From Stappia sp. (GTDB lineage: Bacteria > Pseudomonadota > Alphaproteobacteria > Rhizobiales > Stappiaceae): a stretch of DNA of 64,000 nucleotides. Below, one piece after another: positions 52,632 through 61,593 of this stretch. Below the pieces are notes generated by a model. That model saw only the letters and a list, made by a program, of their open reading frames with translations, was not told the DNA's origin and made no database searches. Position 1 is the stretch's first letter. The number at the start of each line of letters is the position of its first letter. Made by a program: the position numbers and the translations under genes. Location: NCBI RefSeq assembly GCF_965228715.1, contig NZ_OZ245833.1. One strand, given 5' to 3'.

Positions 52632-55049
52632 ATGAAAACGCTCAAATCCTTCACGCTCACGGCCCGGCTCGACGCCGGCATCGAGCTTCTCGTGGACGGT
52701 CGGCACCGGATGCAGGTGCTGGTGCTGGAAGACGCGCTGTGGCGGGTTCTGCTGGCGCGAAACGGCGAGCTGCGGCTGGACCGCACCTGGTCGGTCGCGC
52801 CCGCCCTCGACCGGGGCGGGGACGACGTTCCCTTCGAGGGGCGCCCGCGCACGGACCTCTCCGGCTTTTCCTGCCCCGCCTTCACCCTCGTCGAGGGCGA
52901 TGACGGCAGCCTGACGCTGGAAACGGCCACGCTGCGCCTGACGATCGCGCAGCCGCTCACCTTCACATGGTCGGCGCGCCAGGCGGACGGCAGCTTCGCC
53001 ACCTTCGCCAGCGAGCGGCCCACCGGCGCGGTCATGCTGGGCGTGAAGGACAACGCCCACGGCCATTTCCTGCTGCGCCATCCGGGCGAGCGGGTCTACG
53101 GGCTGGGCGAGAAATCGGGCGACCTGGAACGCTCGGGCCGGCGCTACGAGATGCGCAATCTCGACGCCATGGGCTATGACGCCCGCTCCACGGACCCGCT
53201 CTACAAGCATGTGCCCGTCACCTTCACGGTGACCCCGGATGCCGGTGCCTACGGCCTGTTCTACGACAATCTGGCGAGCTGCTGGTTCGATCTCGGCAAC
53301 GAGCTCGACAACTACCACAAGCCCTATCGCGCCTACCGTGCGACGGACGGCGACCTCGACTACTACATGAGCTGGTCGCCGAACCTTCTGGGACTGGTGA
53401 AGGGGCACACGCGGCTGACCGGCGGCACGGCGTTTCCGCCGCTGTGGAGCCTGGGCTACTCCGGCTCCACCATGCATTACACCGACGCGCCGGACGCACA
53501 GGCCCGGCTCGAGGGGTTCGTGCGCCTCGTCGCCGAGCACGACATTCCCTGCGACAGCTTCCAGCTCTCGTCCGGCTACACCTCCATCGGCCCCAAGCGC
53601 TACGTGTTCAACTGGAACCACGACAAGGTGCCGAACCCCAAGGCCATGTCGGCGGTCTTCGCCGAGGCCGGCCTGCATCTGGCGGCCAACATCAAGCCGT
53701 GCCTGCTGCAGGATCATCCCCGCTACGGCGAAGCGCAGGCGGCCGGTCTCTTCGTTCGCGACAGCGAGAGCGACGCACCCGAGCGCTCCTCCTTCTGGGA
53801 CGACGAGGGCTCGCACCTCGATTTCACCAACCCGGCGACCGTCGACTGGTGGAAGGAGAACGTCACCTCCAAGCTGCTCGCGAACGGCATCGGCTCGACC
53901 TGGAACGACAACAACGAGTATGAGGTCTGGGACGCCTCGGCGCGCTGCAACGGGTTCGGCCGAGACATCGAGATCGGGCTCATCCGCCCCCTCATGCCGG
54001 TGCTGATGACGCGCGCGAGCCGCGACGCGCAGCTTGCCCACGCCCCGGATCGGCGTCCCTATCTGATTTCGCGCTCCGGCGCGCCGGGCCTGCAGCGCTA
54101 CGCGCAGACCTGGTCGGGCGACAACCGCACCAGTTGGGACAGCTTGCGCTACAACATCCGCATGGGCCTCGGCATGTCGCTGTCCGGCCTCTACAACATC
54201 GGCCACGATGTCGGTGGGTTCGCAGGCCCCAAACCCGGTCCGGAGCTGTTCGTGCGCTGGGTGCAGAACGGCATCTTCCACCCGCGCTTCACGATCCACT
54301 CGTGGAACGACGACCACACGGTCAATGAGCCCTGGATGTACCCGGATGTCACGCCGCTGGTGCGCGCGGCCATCCGCCTGCGCTATCGGCTGCTGCCCTA
54401 TCTCTACACCGTGCTCTACAAGGCGGTGGTCGAGGCCGAGCCCATGCTCCGGCCGACCTTTCTCGACCATGACCACGACCCGGCGACCCATGTTGAGTGC
54501 GACGAGTTTCTCATCGGCCGCGATCTTCTGGTCGCGAGCGTCGTGGACGAGGGTGCCCGCACCCGCTCACTCCACCTGCCCGACAACGGCACGGGCTGGT
54601 GGGACTTTCATACCGGCATCCACCATCCCGGCGGGAGCGAGCTCACCCTGGACGTGGATCTCGCCTCCATGCCGCTCTTCGTGCGGGCCGGCGCGGCGAT
54701 CCCGCTCGCCGAGGGTCTTTCGCGCGCCGATGCCGCACGGGACGGGACGCGCACGTGGCTCGTCTTCCCGGTTCCGGCGGCGTTGGACCAGGGCGATGCC
54801 CACGAAAGTCTCGAATATGCGGATGACGGTTTCGCCGCCGACGCGCTTGCGGGCAACCATGCTCTGACGCGGGCAGTGCTTTCCGGCGACGCGGATGTCG
54901 TGCGGCTGGCGCTCACGCGCAAGGGCGGTTACCGGCCGGCGTTCGACACGGCCCGCATCGTCCTGCCCGCCGGCGAGACCCGCTCGCTCGTGGTCAATGG
55001 CGAGACCGTTGACCACGACGCCCCGGTTCGCATTCCGCACGAGGCCTGA
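52632..55049 (+). CDS. GH31 alpha-glycosidase, Aec37-like subgroup, no signal peptide
   Basis: SLGYSGSTMHY, DSFQLSSGY, WNDNNE nucleophile motif, WSGDN, GHDVGGF. Confidence 0.88.
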   Translation: MKTLKSFTLTARLDAGIELLVDGRHRMQVLVLEDALWRVLLARNGELRLDRTWSVAPALDRGGDDVPFEGRPRTDLSGFSCPAFTLVEGDDGSLTLETATLRLTIAQPLTFTWSARQADGSFATFASERPTGAVMLGVKDNAHGHFLLRHPGERVYGLGEKSGDLERSGRRYEMRNLDAMGYDARSTDPLYKHVPVTFTVTPDAGAYGLFYDNLASCWFDLGNELDNYHKPYRAYRATDGDLDYYMSWSPNLLGLVKGHTRLTGGTAFPPLWSLGYSGSTMHYTDAPDAQARLEGFVRLVAEHDIPCDSFQLSSGYTSIGPKRYVFNWNHDKVPNPKAMSAVFAEAGLHLAANIKPCLLQDHPRYGEAQAAGLFVRDSESDAPERSSFWDDEGSHLDFTNPATVDWWKENVTSKLLANGIGSTWNDNNEYEVWDASARCNGFGRDIEIGLIRPLMPVLMTRASRDAQLAHAPDRRPYLISRSGAPGLQRYAQTWSGDNRTSWDSLRYNIRMGLGMSLSGLYNIGHDVGGFAGPKPGPELFVRWVQNGIFHPRFTIHSWNDDHTVNEPWMYPDVTPLVRAAIRLRYRLLPYLYTVLYKAVVEAEPMLRPTFLDHDHDPATHVECDEFLIGRDLLVASVVDEGARTRSLHLPDNGTGWWDFHTGIHHPGGSELTLDVDLASMPLFVRAGAAIPLAEGLSRADAARDGTRTWLVFPVPAALDQGDAHESLEYADDGFAADALAGNHALTRAVLSGDADVVRLALTRKGGYRPAFDTARIVLPAGETRSLVVNGETVDHDAPVRIPHEA

Positions 55050-55074
55050 GGGGTCCCTACCGGGGAAAGACAGG

Positions 55075-55107
55075 ACGCCCGCCCCTTTTCGAAGGGGCGG
55101 GCGTTTT
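55075..55107. terminator. Intrinsic terminator between convergent GH31 and pecM
   Basis: 13-bp stem ACGCCCGCCCCTT/AAGGGGCGGGCGT, TTCG loop, then TTT. Confidence 0.8.
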
Positions 55108-55122
55108 CGTGTCAAACGCGCC

Positions 55123-56040
55123 TCATCCCGCGCGAACGGTCGCAGACGCGGAAGAGGGCACGGACGAGGGCGCGGCGACGGGAACACCCGCGCGACGAGC
55201 CTGCGCGCGCTGCCCGGCAATGATGCTCGCGAAGATCACCGCGATACCTGCCACCTGCAGGCCCGTCAGGGTCTCGCCCGCCAGCAGCATCCCGAGCGCG
55301 ACCGCCGTCACGGGGCTGAGAAAGCCGAGCGGCGAAACGATGGCCGGTTCAAGCCGGGCGAGGCCGCGAAACCACACCAGATAGGTGAAGGCCGCCCCGA
55401 TGAGTCCGAGATAGGCAAGACCCGCAAGGTTCGCGGCGGTCACAGTCTCGGGAAGCGGGGCGAACGCCAACGCGGCGGGCAGAAGCAGCACGCCACCGGC
55501 AACAAGCTGCCAGGCGGTGAAGGTCAGCGGCCCCGCCGGCGGCTGCCAGCGGCGCGAAAGCACGGTGCCCAGCGCCATGGAGGCCGCACCGCCAAGACCC
55601 GCGGCAAGGCCGAGCGGGTCGAGCGACGCGCCGGGCGTCAGGATGAGCATCGCGACGCCGCCAATGCCCGCAAGGGCGGCCAGGAAGGCGAGCGGCGCGA
55701 CGCGCGTGCCCAGAAGAGGCCGCGAGAGCATCAGCACGAGAAGCGGCTGAATGGCACCGACCGTTGCCGCCACGCCGCCGGGCAACCGGTAGGCGGCGAC
55801 GAACAGAAACGCCCAGAAGACCGAGAAGTTGAGCGCGCCCAGCAGGAACACCCTGGACCACCAGATCCCCCGAGGCATCTGGCGAACGAGAAGCAGCAGC
55901 AGCAGGCCTGCGGGCAGCGCGCGCAGGAAGGCGACGAGCAACGGGTGCCAGCCCGGCAGGAAGGTCGTCGCCACATAGTAGGAACTGCCCCAGATCGCCG
56001 GCGCGAGCGCCGTCAGGGCAATGTCTTTGGTCCGGTTCAT
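55123..56040 (-). CDS. pecM: PecM-like DMT/EamA exporter
   Basis: LTALAPAIWGS, RALPAGLLL, YRLPGGVAATVGAIQPL, TFTAWQL. Confidence 0.8.
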   Translation of the reverse strand: MNRTKDIALTALAPAIWGSSYYVATTFLPGWHPLLVAFLRALPAGLLLLLLVRQMPRGIWWSRVFLLGALNFSVFWAFLFVAAYRLPGGVAATVGAIQPLLVLMLSRPLLGTRVAPLAFLAALAGIGGVAMLILTPGASLDPLGLAAGLGGAASMALGTVLSRRWQPPAGPLTFTAWQLVAGGVLLLPAALAFAPLPETVTAANLAGLAYLGLIGAAFTYLVWFRGLARLEPAIVSPLGFLSPVTAVALGMLLAGETLTGLQVAGIAVIFASIIAGQRAQARRAGVPVAAPSSVPSSASATVRAG

Positions 56041-56087
56041 CGGTACGTCTCCACTGGCGCGGCGCCCCGAGGAGAGGCTCGCGCATT

Positions 56088-56107
56088 TTATCTTGATCTC
56101 AAGATAA
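56088..56107. promoter_or_regulatory. PecS-type operator palindrome 1
   Basis: TTATCTTGA-TC-TCAAGATAA, exact 9-bp arms. Confidence 0.8.
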
Positions 56108-56116
56108 TGAGATGAA

Positions 56117-56131
56117 TCTTGACGTCAAGAC
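56117..56131. repeat. Left copy of 15-bp direct repeat TCTTGACGTCAAGAC (operator palindrome 2)
   Basis: Identical to 59077-59091; 14-bp core is a perfect palindrome carrying TTGACG on both strands. Confidence 0.92.
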
Positions 56132-56183
56132 ATATGGACTTCGCTCGCCGGCGCCATTGTCCCAATCGGCTCTTGCGCCACCG

Positions 56184-56211
56184 CTATATATCCAATATTC
56201 TCGATATATAG
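56184..56211. promoter_or_regulatory. AT-rich inverted repeat, putative ArsR operator overlapping the ars promoter
   Basis: CTATATATC-N10-GATATATAG; TTGCGC-N17-TATTCT at 56173-56201. Confidence 0.6.
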
Positions 56212-56260
56212 ATTAAATGGAGCGCCACCGGCGATCCGCCCGCCGCGATCGGAGGCCGAA

Positions 56261-56752
56261 ATGTCCCAGGTCCACAACGTTCTCTTCCTGTGCACGGGCA
56301 ACTCCGCCCGCTCGATCATGGCCGAGGCCATCCTGACGCGGGAGGGAGGAGGACGGTTCCGCGCGTTTTCCGCCGGCTCGCAGCCGAAGGGCGAGGTGCA
56401 CCCCTTCGCCATCGACCTCCTTGCCCGGGAGGGACATGACACGGCCTTTGCCCGGTCCAAGAGCTGGGAGGAATTCGCGACAGCCGACGCCCCCCGGATG
56501 GATTTCGTCTTCACGGTCTGCGACCAGGCGGCCTCGGGATCGTGCCCCGTGTGGCCCGGCCAGCCCATGACCGCCCACTGGGGCGTTCCGGATCCGGCCG
56601 CCGCCACCGGCAATGACGCCGAGCGCCGTTTCGCCTTCGCCGACGCCTACCGGATGCTGTCCACCCGCATTTCCATCTTCGTGAACCTGCCCATCGCCTC
56701 CCTCGACAGCCTGTCGCTTTCGCGCCGGCTCGACGAGATCGGCAAGGCGTAA
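56261..56752 (+). CDS. arsC: Arsenate reductase, LMW-PTPase (thioredoxin-type) fold
   Basis: LFLCTGNSARS CX5R loop, TVCD, CPVWPG, AHWGVPDP. Confidence 0.9.
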   Translation: MSQVHNVLFLCTGNSARSIMAEAILTREGGGRFRAFSAGSQPKGEVHPFAIDLLAREGHDTAFARSKSWEEFATADAPRMDFVFTVCDQAASGSCPVWPGQPMTAHWGVPDPAAATGNDAERRFAFADAYRMLSTRISIFVNLPIASLDSLSLSRRLDEIGKA

Positions 56753-56796
56753 GGCCGTCCTCCCCGTCTCCTCCCGAACAAGAGCCCGCGACAGTC

Positions 56797-57876
56797 ATGA
56801 GCGACACGACCCAATCCCCCGCGCCCGGAATAAGCTTCTTCGAGAAGTGGCTGACCGCCTGGGTCACCGGCTGCATCATCGTCGGCATCCTGCTCGGCAA
56901 GGCCTTTCCCGGTGCCTTCGCCGCGCTCTCCGGCATGGAGGTCGCCAGCGTCAACATCCCCGTGGCCGTCCTGATCTGGCTCATGATCGTTCCCATGCTC
57001 ATGAAGATCGATTTCGCCGCGATGCTCCAGGTGGGCCGTCACTGGCGCGGCATCGGTGTCACCCTGCTCGCCAACTGGGCGATCAAGCCGTTCTCCATGG
57101 TCATCTTCGGCTGGCTGACGCTCGGCTGGCTGTTTCGCCCGCTGCTGCCCGAGGCCCAGATCGAGAGCTACATCGCCGGCCTGATCCTGCTCGGCGCCGC
57201 GCCCTGCACGGCCATGGTCTTCGTCTGGAGCAACCTGACGCGCGGCGACCCCGCCTTCACGCTCAGCCAGGTGGCCCTCAACGACGCGATCATGGTCATC
57301 GCCTTCGCGCCCATCGTGGCGCTGCTTCTCGGCGTTTCCTCCATCGTCGTGCCCTGGGAAACGCTGCTGATCTCCGTGGCGCTGTTCATCGTCGTTCCGG
57401 TGATCGTGGCGCAGGTGCTGCGCTCGGCGCTGGGCGGTGGCGACGGGTCGCGCCTTGCCGATTTCACCCATGCGGTGCAACCGTTCTCCATCACCGCCCT
57501 GCTGCTCACCGTCGTGCTGCTCTTCGCCTTCCAGGGCGGACAGATCCTCGCGCAGCCCTCGGTGATCGGCCTGATCGCGGTGCCGATCTTCCTGCAGACG
57601 GTCTTCATCTTCGCCTTCGCCTATGTCCTCAACCGGACGATCGGCGAGGAGCACTGCATCGCGGGTCCCTCCGCCCTTATCGGCGCCAGCAACTTCTTCG
57701 AACTCGCCGTGGCGACCGCCATCAGCCTGTTCGGCATCAACTCGGGCGCGGCGCTCGCCACCGTCGTCGGCGTGCTCATCGAGGTTCCGGTGATGCTCGC
57801 CCTCGTCGCCGTGGTGAACCGCTCGCGCGGCTGGTACGAGCGCAATCCCGCCGTTTCCGCCCGCAACGCCGGCTGA
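56797..57876 (+). CDS. acr3: Acr3 arsenite efflux transporter
   Basis: FFEKWLT, LIWLMIVPM, APCTAMVFVW, GASNFFELA, VGVLIEVPVM. Confidence 0.95.
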   Translation: MSDTTQSPAPGISFFEKWLTAWVTGCIIVGILLGKAFPGAFAALSGMEVASVNIPVAVLIWLMIVPMLMKIDFAAMLQVGRHWRGIGVTLLANWAIKPFSMVIFGWLTLGWLFRPLLPEAQIESYIAGLILLGAAPCTAMVFVWSNLTRGDPAFTLSQVALNDAIMVIAFAPIVALLLGVSSIVVPWETLLISVALFIVVPVIVAQVLRSALGGGDGSRLADFTHAVQPFSITALLLTVVLLFAFQGGQILAQPSVIGLIAVPIFLQTVFIFAFAYVLNRTIGEEHCIAGPSALIGASNFFELAVATAISLFGINSGAALATVVGVLIEVPVMLALVAVVNRSRGWYERNPAVSARNAG

Positions 57877-57904
57877 GCCCGGCCGGTTTTCCATCGAGGC
57901 CCCC

Positions 57905-58327
57905 ATGACCATCGTGATCCACCACAATCCCGACTGCGGCACCTCGCGCAACGTGCTGGAGATCATCCGCGCGGCCGGCGAGGAGCCCGTCGTCATTCCC
58001 TATCTGGACACCGGCTGGACGCGCCCCCAGCTTCAGGCGCTCTTCGCCGCGGCCGGCCTGACGCCGCGCACCGCGCTGCGCGAGACCAAGTCGCCGGCCG
58101 CGGATCTCGGCCTGCTCGGGGAGGGGGTGGCGGAGGACACAATCCTCGACGCCATGCTGGCGCATCCGGTTCTCGTCAACCGGCCCATCGTGTGCAGCCC
58201 GCGCGGCGTGCGCCTGTGCCGCCCCTCGGAAACCGTGCTCGACCTGCTCGACAGGATGCCCCCCGGTCCGCTTTCCAAGGAGGACGGAACGCTGGTCCTG
58301 GACGCGGAGGGCAACCGTGTCGGATGA
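57905..58327 (+). CDS. arsC: Arsenate reductase, glutaredoxin type
   Basis: [24 protein letters not shown]. Confidence 0.93.
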   Translation: MTIVIHHNPDCGTSRNVLEIIRAAGEEPVVIPYLDTGWTRPQLQALFAAAGLTPRTALRETKSPAADLGLLGEGVAEDTILDAMLAHPVLVNRPIVCSPRGVRLCRPSETVLDLLDRMPPGPLSKEDGTLVLDAEGNRVG

Positions 58328-59030
58328 CCTGCCCCAGCTCGACGAGACGGCCTTCGCGCCCCTCGACGCGACGCGCCTGTTTCCCGCCAGCCGAAGCACC
58401 CATCCCCCGCGCCTGCTGCTCCTGACCGGATCGCTGCGCGAACGCAGCTACTCACGTCTTCTGGCACAGGAGGCGGCACGCGTGCTCGCCCGTTTCGGCG
58501 CCGAGACGCGGTTCTTCGATCCGGCCGGCCTGCCGCTTCCCGACGGCGACGACGCCTCCCACCCGAAGGTGGCGGAACTGCGCGACCTCGTCACCTGGTG
58601 CGAGGGCATGGTCTGGTGCTCGCCGGAGCGCCACGGCGCCATGTCGGCGGTGATGAAGGCCCAGATCGACTGGATTCCCCTGTCGCTTGGCGGCGTGCGC
58701 CCGACCCAGGGCAAGACACTCGCGGTGATGCAGGTCTGTGGCGGCAGCCAGAGTTTCAACACCGTCAACCAGTTGCGCATCCTGGGGCGCTGGATGCGCC
58801 TGCTCACCATCCCCAACCAGTCGTCCGTGCCCAAGGCGTTCAACGAGTTCGACGAGGCGGGCCGCATGATCGCCTCGCCCTTCTTCGACCGCATGGTCGA
58901 CGTGATGGAGGAACTCGTCCGCTTCACATGGCTGACCCGCGACATCCGCGAAGCGCTCGTGGACCGTTATTCGGAACGCAAGGAAAGCCACGCGGAGCTG
59001 TCGGCACGCGTCAACCAGCGCCGGATCTGA
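58317..59030 (+). CDS. arsH: NADPH-dependent FMN reductase ArsH
   Basis: [34 protein letters not shown]; GTG start overlapping arsC. Confidence 0.95.
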   Translation: MSDDLPQLDETAFAPLDATRLFPASRSTHPPRLLLLTGSLRERSYSRLLAQEAARVLARFGAETRFFDPAGLPLPDGDDASHPKVAELRDLVTWCEGMVWCSPERHGAMSAVMKAQIDWIPLSLGGVRPTQGKTLAVMQVCGGSQSFNTVNQLRILGRWMRLLTIPNQSSVPKAFNEFDEAGRMIASPFFDRMVDVMEELVRFTWLTRDIREALVDRYSERKESHAELSARVNQRRI

Positions 59031-59076
59031 CCGCTCGCTGACACGTCCCGGGCGGGCGGGCGGCGCCGGCATTGTG

Positions 59077-59091
59077 TCTTGACGTCAAGAC
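59077..59091. repeat. Right copy of 15-bp direct repeat TCTTGACGTCAAGAC
   Basis: Identical to 56117-56131; its TTGACG (59079-59084) lies 17 nt before CGATAT (59102-59107). Confidence 0.92.
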
Positions 59092-59113
59092 GCAGCGGCG
59101 GCGATATGGGGGC

Positions 59114-59593
59114 ATGGATCATGTCGAGCGCATCGTCGAGCAGTGGAACCGGGAGCGCCCCGACCTGGATGTGGCGCCCATGGCGCTCATCGGCCGTCTC
59201 GGTCGCCTTGCGCGCGCCTGGAGCCGGGAGATGGAGGCGACCTTCGCCCGTCACGGCCTCAATGCCGCAAGCTTCGACCTTCTGGCCACGCTGCGGCGGG
59301 CCGGACCTCCGTACGCACTGTCCCCCGGCGCGCTGATCGAGGCGACGATGGTCACCTCGGGCACGATCACCAACCGCATCGACCGCCTCGTGGCGGCGGG
59401 CCTCGTCGAGCGCAGGCCCAACCCTCAGGACGGACGGGGTTTTCTCGTGTCGCTGACGCCCGAAGGGTTCTCGCGCATCGACGCCTGCGTCACGGACCAC
59501 GTGGCGACACAGGCGCGCCTCGTCGCCCCGCTCGACGCCGCCGACCGCGCGGCTCTCGAGGCCCTGCTGAGAAAGGCCGCCGGGACGACGTGA
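59114..59593 (+). CDS. pecS: PecS/UrtR-type MarR regulator
   Basis: MDHVERIVEQWNRERPDLD..PM extra N-terminal helix with conserved Trp, FDLLATLRRAG, TNRIDRL, DGRG. Confidence 0.82.
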   Translation: MDHVERIVEQWNRERPDLDVAPMALIGRLGRLARAWSREMEATFARHGLNAASFDLLATLRRAGPPYALSPGALIEATMVTSGTITNRIDRLVAAGLVERRPNPQDGRGFLVSLTPEGFSRIDACVTDHVATQARLVAPLDAADRAALEALLRKAAGTT

Positions 59594-59707
59594 ACCGCAA
59601 CGCGCCGCGCGTTCACCGTTTCGTGCCCTGCCGTGTGGTTGCAACCTGCGCCCATTGCTCCACATTCGCCCCACATATCCTTGTTCCGAATTTCCGGAGA
59701 CAACTTC

Positions 59708-60586
59708 ATGAGCAACGACAATACCTATGTCCCGCCCCGCATCTGGACGTGGGAAGCACCGAGCGGCGGCGCCTTCGCCAGCATCAACCGTCCGGTGTCC
59801 GGCGCGACCCACGACAAGGAGCTGCCCGTCGGCAAGCACCCCATGCAGCTGTATTCGCTGGGGACGCCGAACGGCCAGAAGGTGACCATCCTTCTCGAGG
59901 AGCTCCTGGCGGCCGGTCACACGGGCGCCGAATATGACGCCTGGCTGATCCGCATCGGCGACGGCGACCAGTTCGGCTCCGGCTTCGTGGAGGCCAATCC
60001 CAACTCCAAGATCCCGGCGCTCGTCGACCGCAGCGGCGCGGAGCCGGTGCGCGTGTTCGAATCCGGCGCGATCCTCATGCACCTGGCGGAAAAGTTCGGC
60101 GCCTTCATTCCCCAGGACCCGGCGAAGCGGGCGGAAATGCTGTCCTGGCTGTTCTGGCAGATGGGCTCGGCCCCCTTCGTGGGCGGTGGCTTCGGCCATT
60201 TCTACGCCTATGCGCCGGTGAAGCTCGAATATCCCATCAACCGCTACGCCATGGAGACCAAGCGCCAGCTCGACGTGCTCGACAAGCGGCTGGCCGAGAC
60301 GCGCTTTGTCGCCGGCGACGACTACACCATCGCCGACATGGCGATCTGGCCGTGGTACGGCGGCCTCGTGAAGGGCTGGCTCTACGAAGCGGCGGAGTTC
60401 CTGCAGGTGTCGGACTACACCAACGTGCTGCGCTGGGCCGACGAGATCCTGGCCCGTCCGGCGGTGCAGCGCGGTCGCATGGTGAACCGCACGAGCGGCG
60501 ATCCCGCGACGCAGCTTCACGAGCGCCACGACGCCTCGGACTTCGACACGAAGACACAGGACAAGATCGAGGCGGCAAAGGCCTGA
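59708..60586 (+). CDS. yghU: Glutathione-dependent disulfide oxidoreductase, YghU-like GST
   Basis: YVPPRIWTW, NRPVSG, YSLGTPNGQK, NPNSKIP, FESGAIL. Confidence 0.88.
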   Translation: MSNDNTYVPPRIWTWEAPSGGAFASINRPVSGATHDKELPVGKHPMQLYSLGTPNGQKVTILLEELLAAGHTGAEYDAWLIRIGDGDQFGSGFVEANPNSKIPALVDRSGAEPVRVFESGAILMHLAEKFGAFIPQDPAKRAEMLSWLFWQMGSAPFVGGGFGHFYAYAPVKLEYPINRYAMETKRQLDVLDKRLAETRFVAGDDYTIADMAIWPWYGGLVKGWLYEAAEFLQVSDYTNVLRWADEILARPAVQRGRMVNRTSGDPATQLHERHDASDFDTKTQDKIEAAKA

Positions 60587-60668
60587 AGCAGCCGCCTCGC
60601 ACGCAAGCGCAACGACACGCAAAACGACCGGCGGCGGGGGCAACCCTGCCGTCGGCTTCTTGGCGAGC

Positions 60669-61499
60669 CTAGCCGTCCCGGTCCGCGGACAGCGCGATCT
60701 CACGCTGCGCCTGCAAGGACGCGAGCCGTTCGCCCAGGGCCTTGGAAATGGACTCATAGGCGGTGCTGCCAAGTGTGAGGCGTAGCGCGGGTGACTCGCT
60801 GTCGGCGGCTGCGATGATGGACGCCACCGTACGAACCGCATCGCCCTTGATGTCGAAACTTCCGCTGTCGATGGCGCGTCGCACCGCTCCTGCCGGCGTG
60901 TCCTCGTAAACCGCCATCGATGCCGGGCGCACCAGGTTGGCCGCGAAGTTCGTCCCCGTCGGGCCGGGCTCGGCGATGATGAAGTCGACTCCGAAGGGGG
61001 CCACTTCCTGAGCCACCGATTCCACGAACCCTTCGATCCCCCATTTGGTCGCGTGGTACAGGCTGAAATTGGGATAGGCGATCTGGCCACCTTCCGACGA
61101 GACCTGCACGATGCGCCCGCCGCCCTGGCGGCGCAAATGCGGCAACACGGACCGGATGACCCGGATCGATCCCGTCAGGTTGGTGGCGATCTGGTGCTCG
61201 ATCTGCGCGTCGGTGAGTTCTTCCGCCGCACCGAAAAGGCCGTAGGCGGCATTGCTGACGACAACGTCCACTTGTCCCGCCTGGGCAAACGCGTCGTCCA
61301 TCACCCGCCGCATCCGTTCAACATCCGTGACGTCCAGCTTCAGAACGACAAGGCTCGCACCATGCTGCCGCGCGAGGTCGGCAAGAGCGTCCTCGCGCCG
61401 CACCGTCGCCAGGACGCGATCGCCTCGCGCCAGCAGTTGAGCTGCCATCTCCCGCCCGAGACCCGAGGAGGCGCCGGTAATCAACCAAGTCTTGCTCAT
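60669..61499 (-). CDS. SDR-family oxidoreductase
   Basis: WLITGASSGLG, NAAYG, YHATK, EPGP. Confidence 0.92.
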   Translation of the reverse strand: MSKTWLITGASSGLGREMAAQLLARGDRVLATVRREDALADLARQHGASLVVLKLDVTDVERMRRVMDDAFAQAGQVDVVVSNAAYGLFGAAEELTDAQIEHQIATNLTGSIRVIRSVLPHLRRQGGGRIVQVSSEGGQIAYPNFSLYHATKWGIEGFVESVAQEVAPFGVDFIIAEPGPTGTNFAANLVRPASMAVYEDTPAGAVRRAIDSGSFDIKGDAVRTVASIIAAADSESPALRLTLGSTAYESISKALGERLASLQAQREIALSADRDG

Positions 61500-61576
61500 A
61501 TGACACTCCTTCATCAGAGGTCATGATGTAGCCCGCCATGATTGGTGCTATAAGATAGCTATTATTGCATGATTAG

Positions 61577-61591
61577 GTGAAAGAAATTCAC
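61577..61591. promoter_or_regulatory. LysR recognition box
   Basis: GTGAA-AGAAA-TTCAC containing T-N11-A between the divergent SDR and lysR genes. Confidence 0.55.
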
Positions 61592-61593
61592 GA

